DNA from: Botryllus schlosseri
Taxonomy: Eukaryota
DNA length: 64,000 nucleotides
Reading direction: 5' to 3'
Assembly: GCA_051294905.1 (NCBI GenBank)
Contig: CM119386.1
Coordinates: 434,001 to 498,000, forward strand
Part shown: piece by piece, positions 63,988-64,000 of the stretch
Position numbering within the stretch: the stretch's first letter is position 1
Layout of the letters: every line of letters starts with the position of its first letter
Translations under genes and position numbers: made by a program
Notes under the pieces: generated by a model
Told to the model about the DNA's origin: nothing
Seen by the model: only the letters and a program-made list of their open reading frames with translations
Database searches by the model: none

Positions 63988-64000
63988 ACCAAATTCCTAT

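Overview
Eukaryotic (animal) genomic DNA: AT-rich, intron-rich and packed with small transposons. It is probably an invertebrate chordate such as an ascidian, inferred from the 56-66 bp minimal introns and vertebrate-like proteins; the taxon is not provable from this window. I assembled four protein genes by hand from GT-AG sites and checked reading phase across junctions. (1) The 3' half of a CDKL2/3-type kinase, + strand, 12 exons, 544-13820. (2) A small gene encoding a signal peptide plus the start of a fibrinogen-related domain (FReD), - strand, ATG 15730; the ORF track shows only a fragment. (3) A complete 35-exon DLG5 orthologue, - strand, 47427-18703, about 1641 aa, apparently lacking PDZ1 and with a candidate CARD-less alternative first exon. 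(4) A complete 2-exon renalase, - strand, 63987-61844, 349 aa. Non-coding space is dominated by nested non-autonomous hAT elements, many with 8-bp TSDs. It also holds one decayed hAT transposase (52044-54025), a 618-bp foldback with a 9-bp TSD, two tRNA-derived SINEs, LINE and Penelope fragments, and two minisatellite-bearing repeat families. No rRNA, true tRNA or CRISPR array was found. All family assignments come from motifs recalled from memory; no database search was run.
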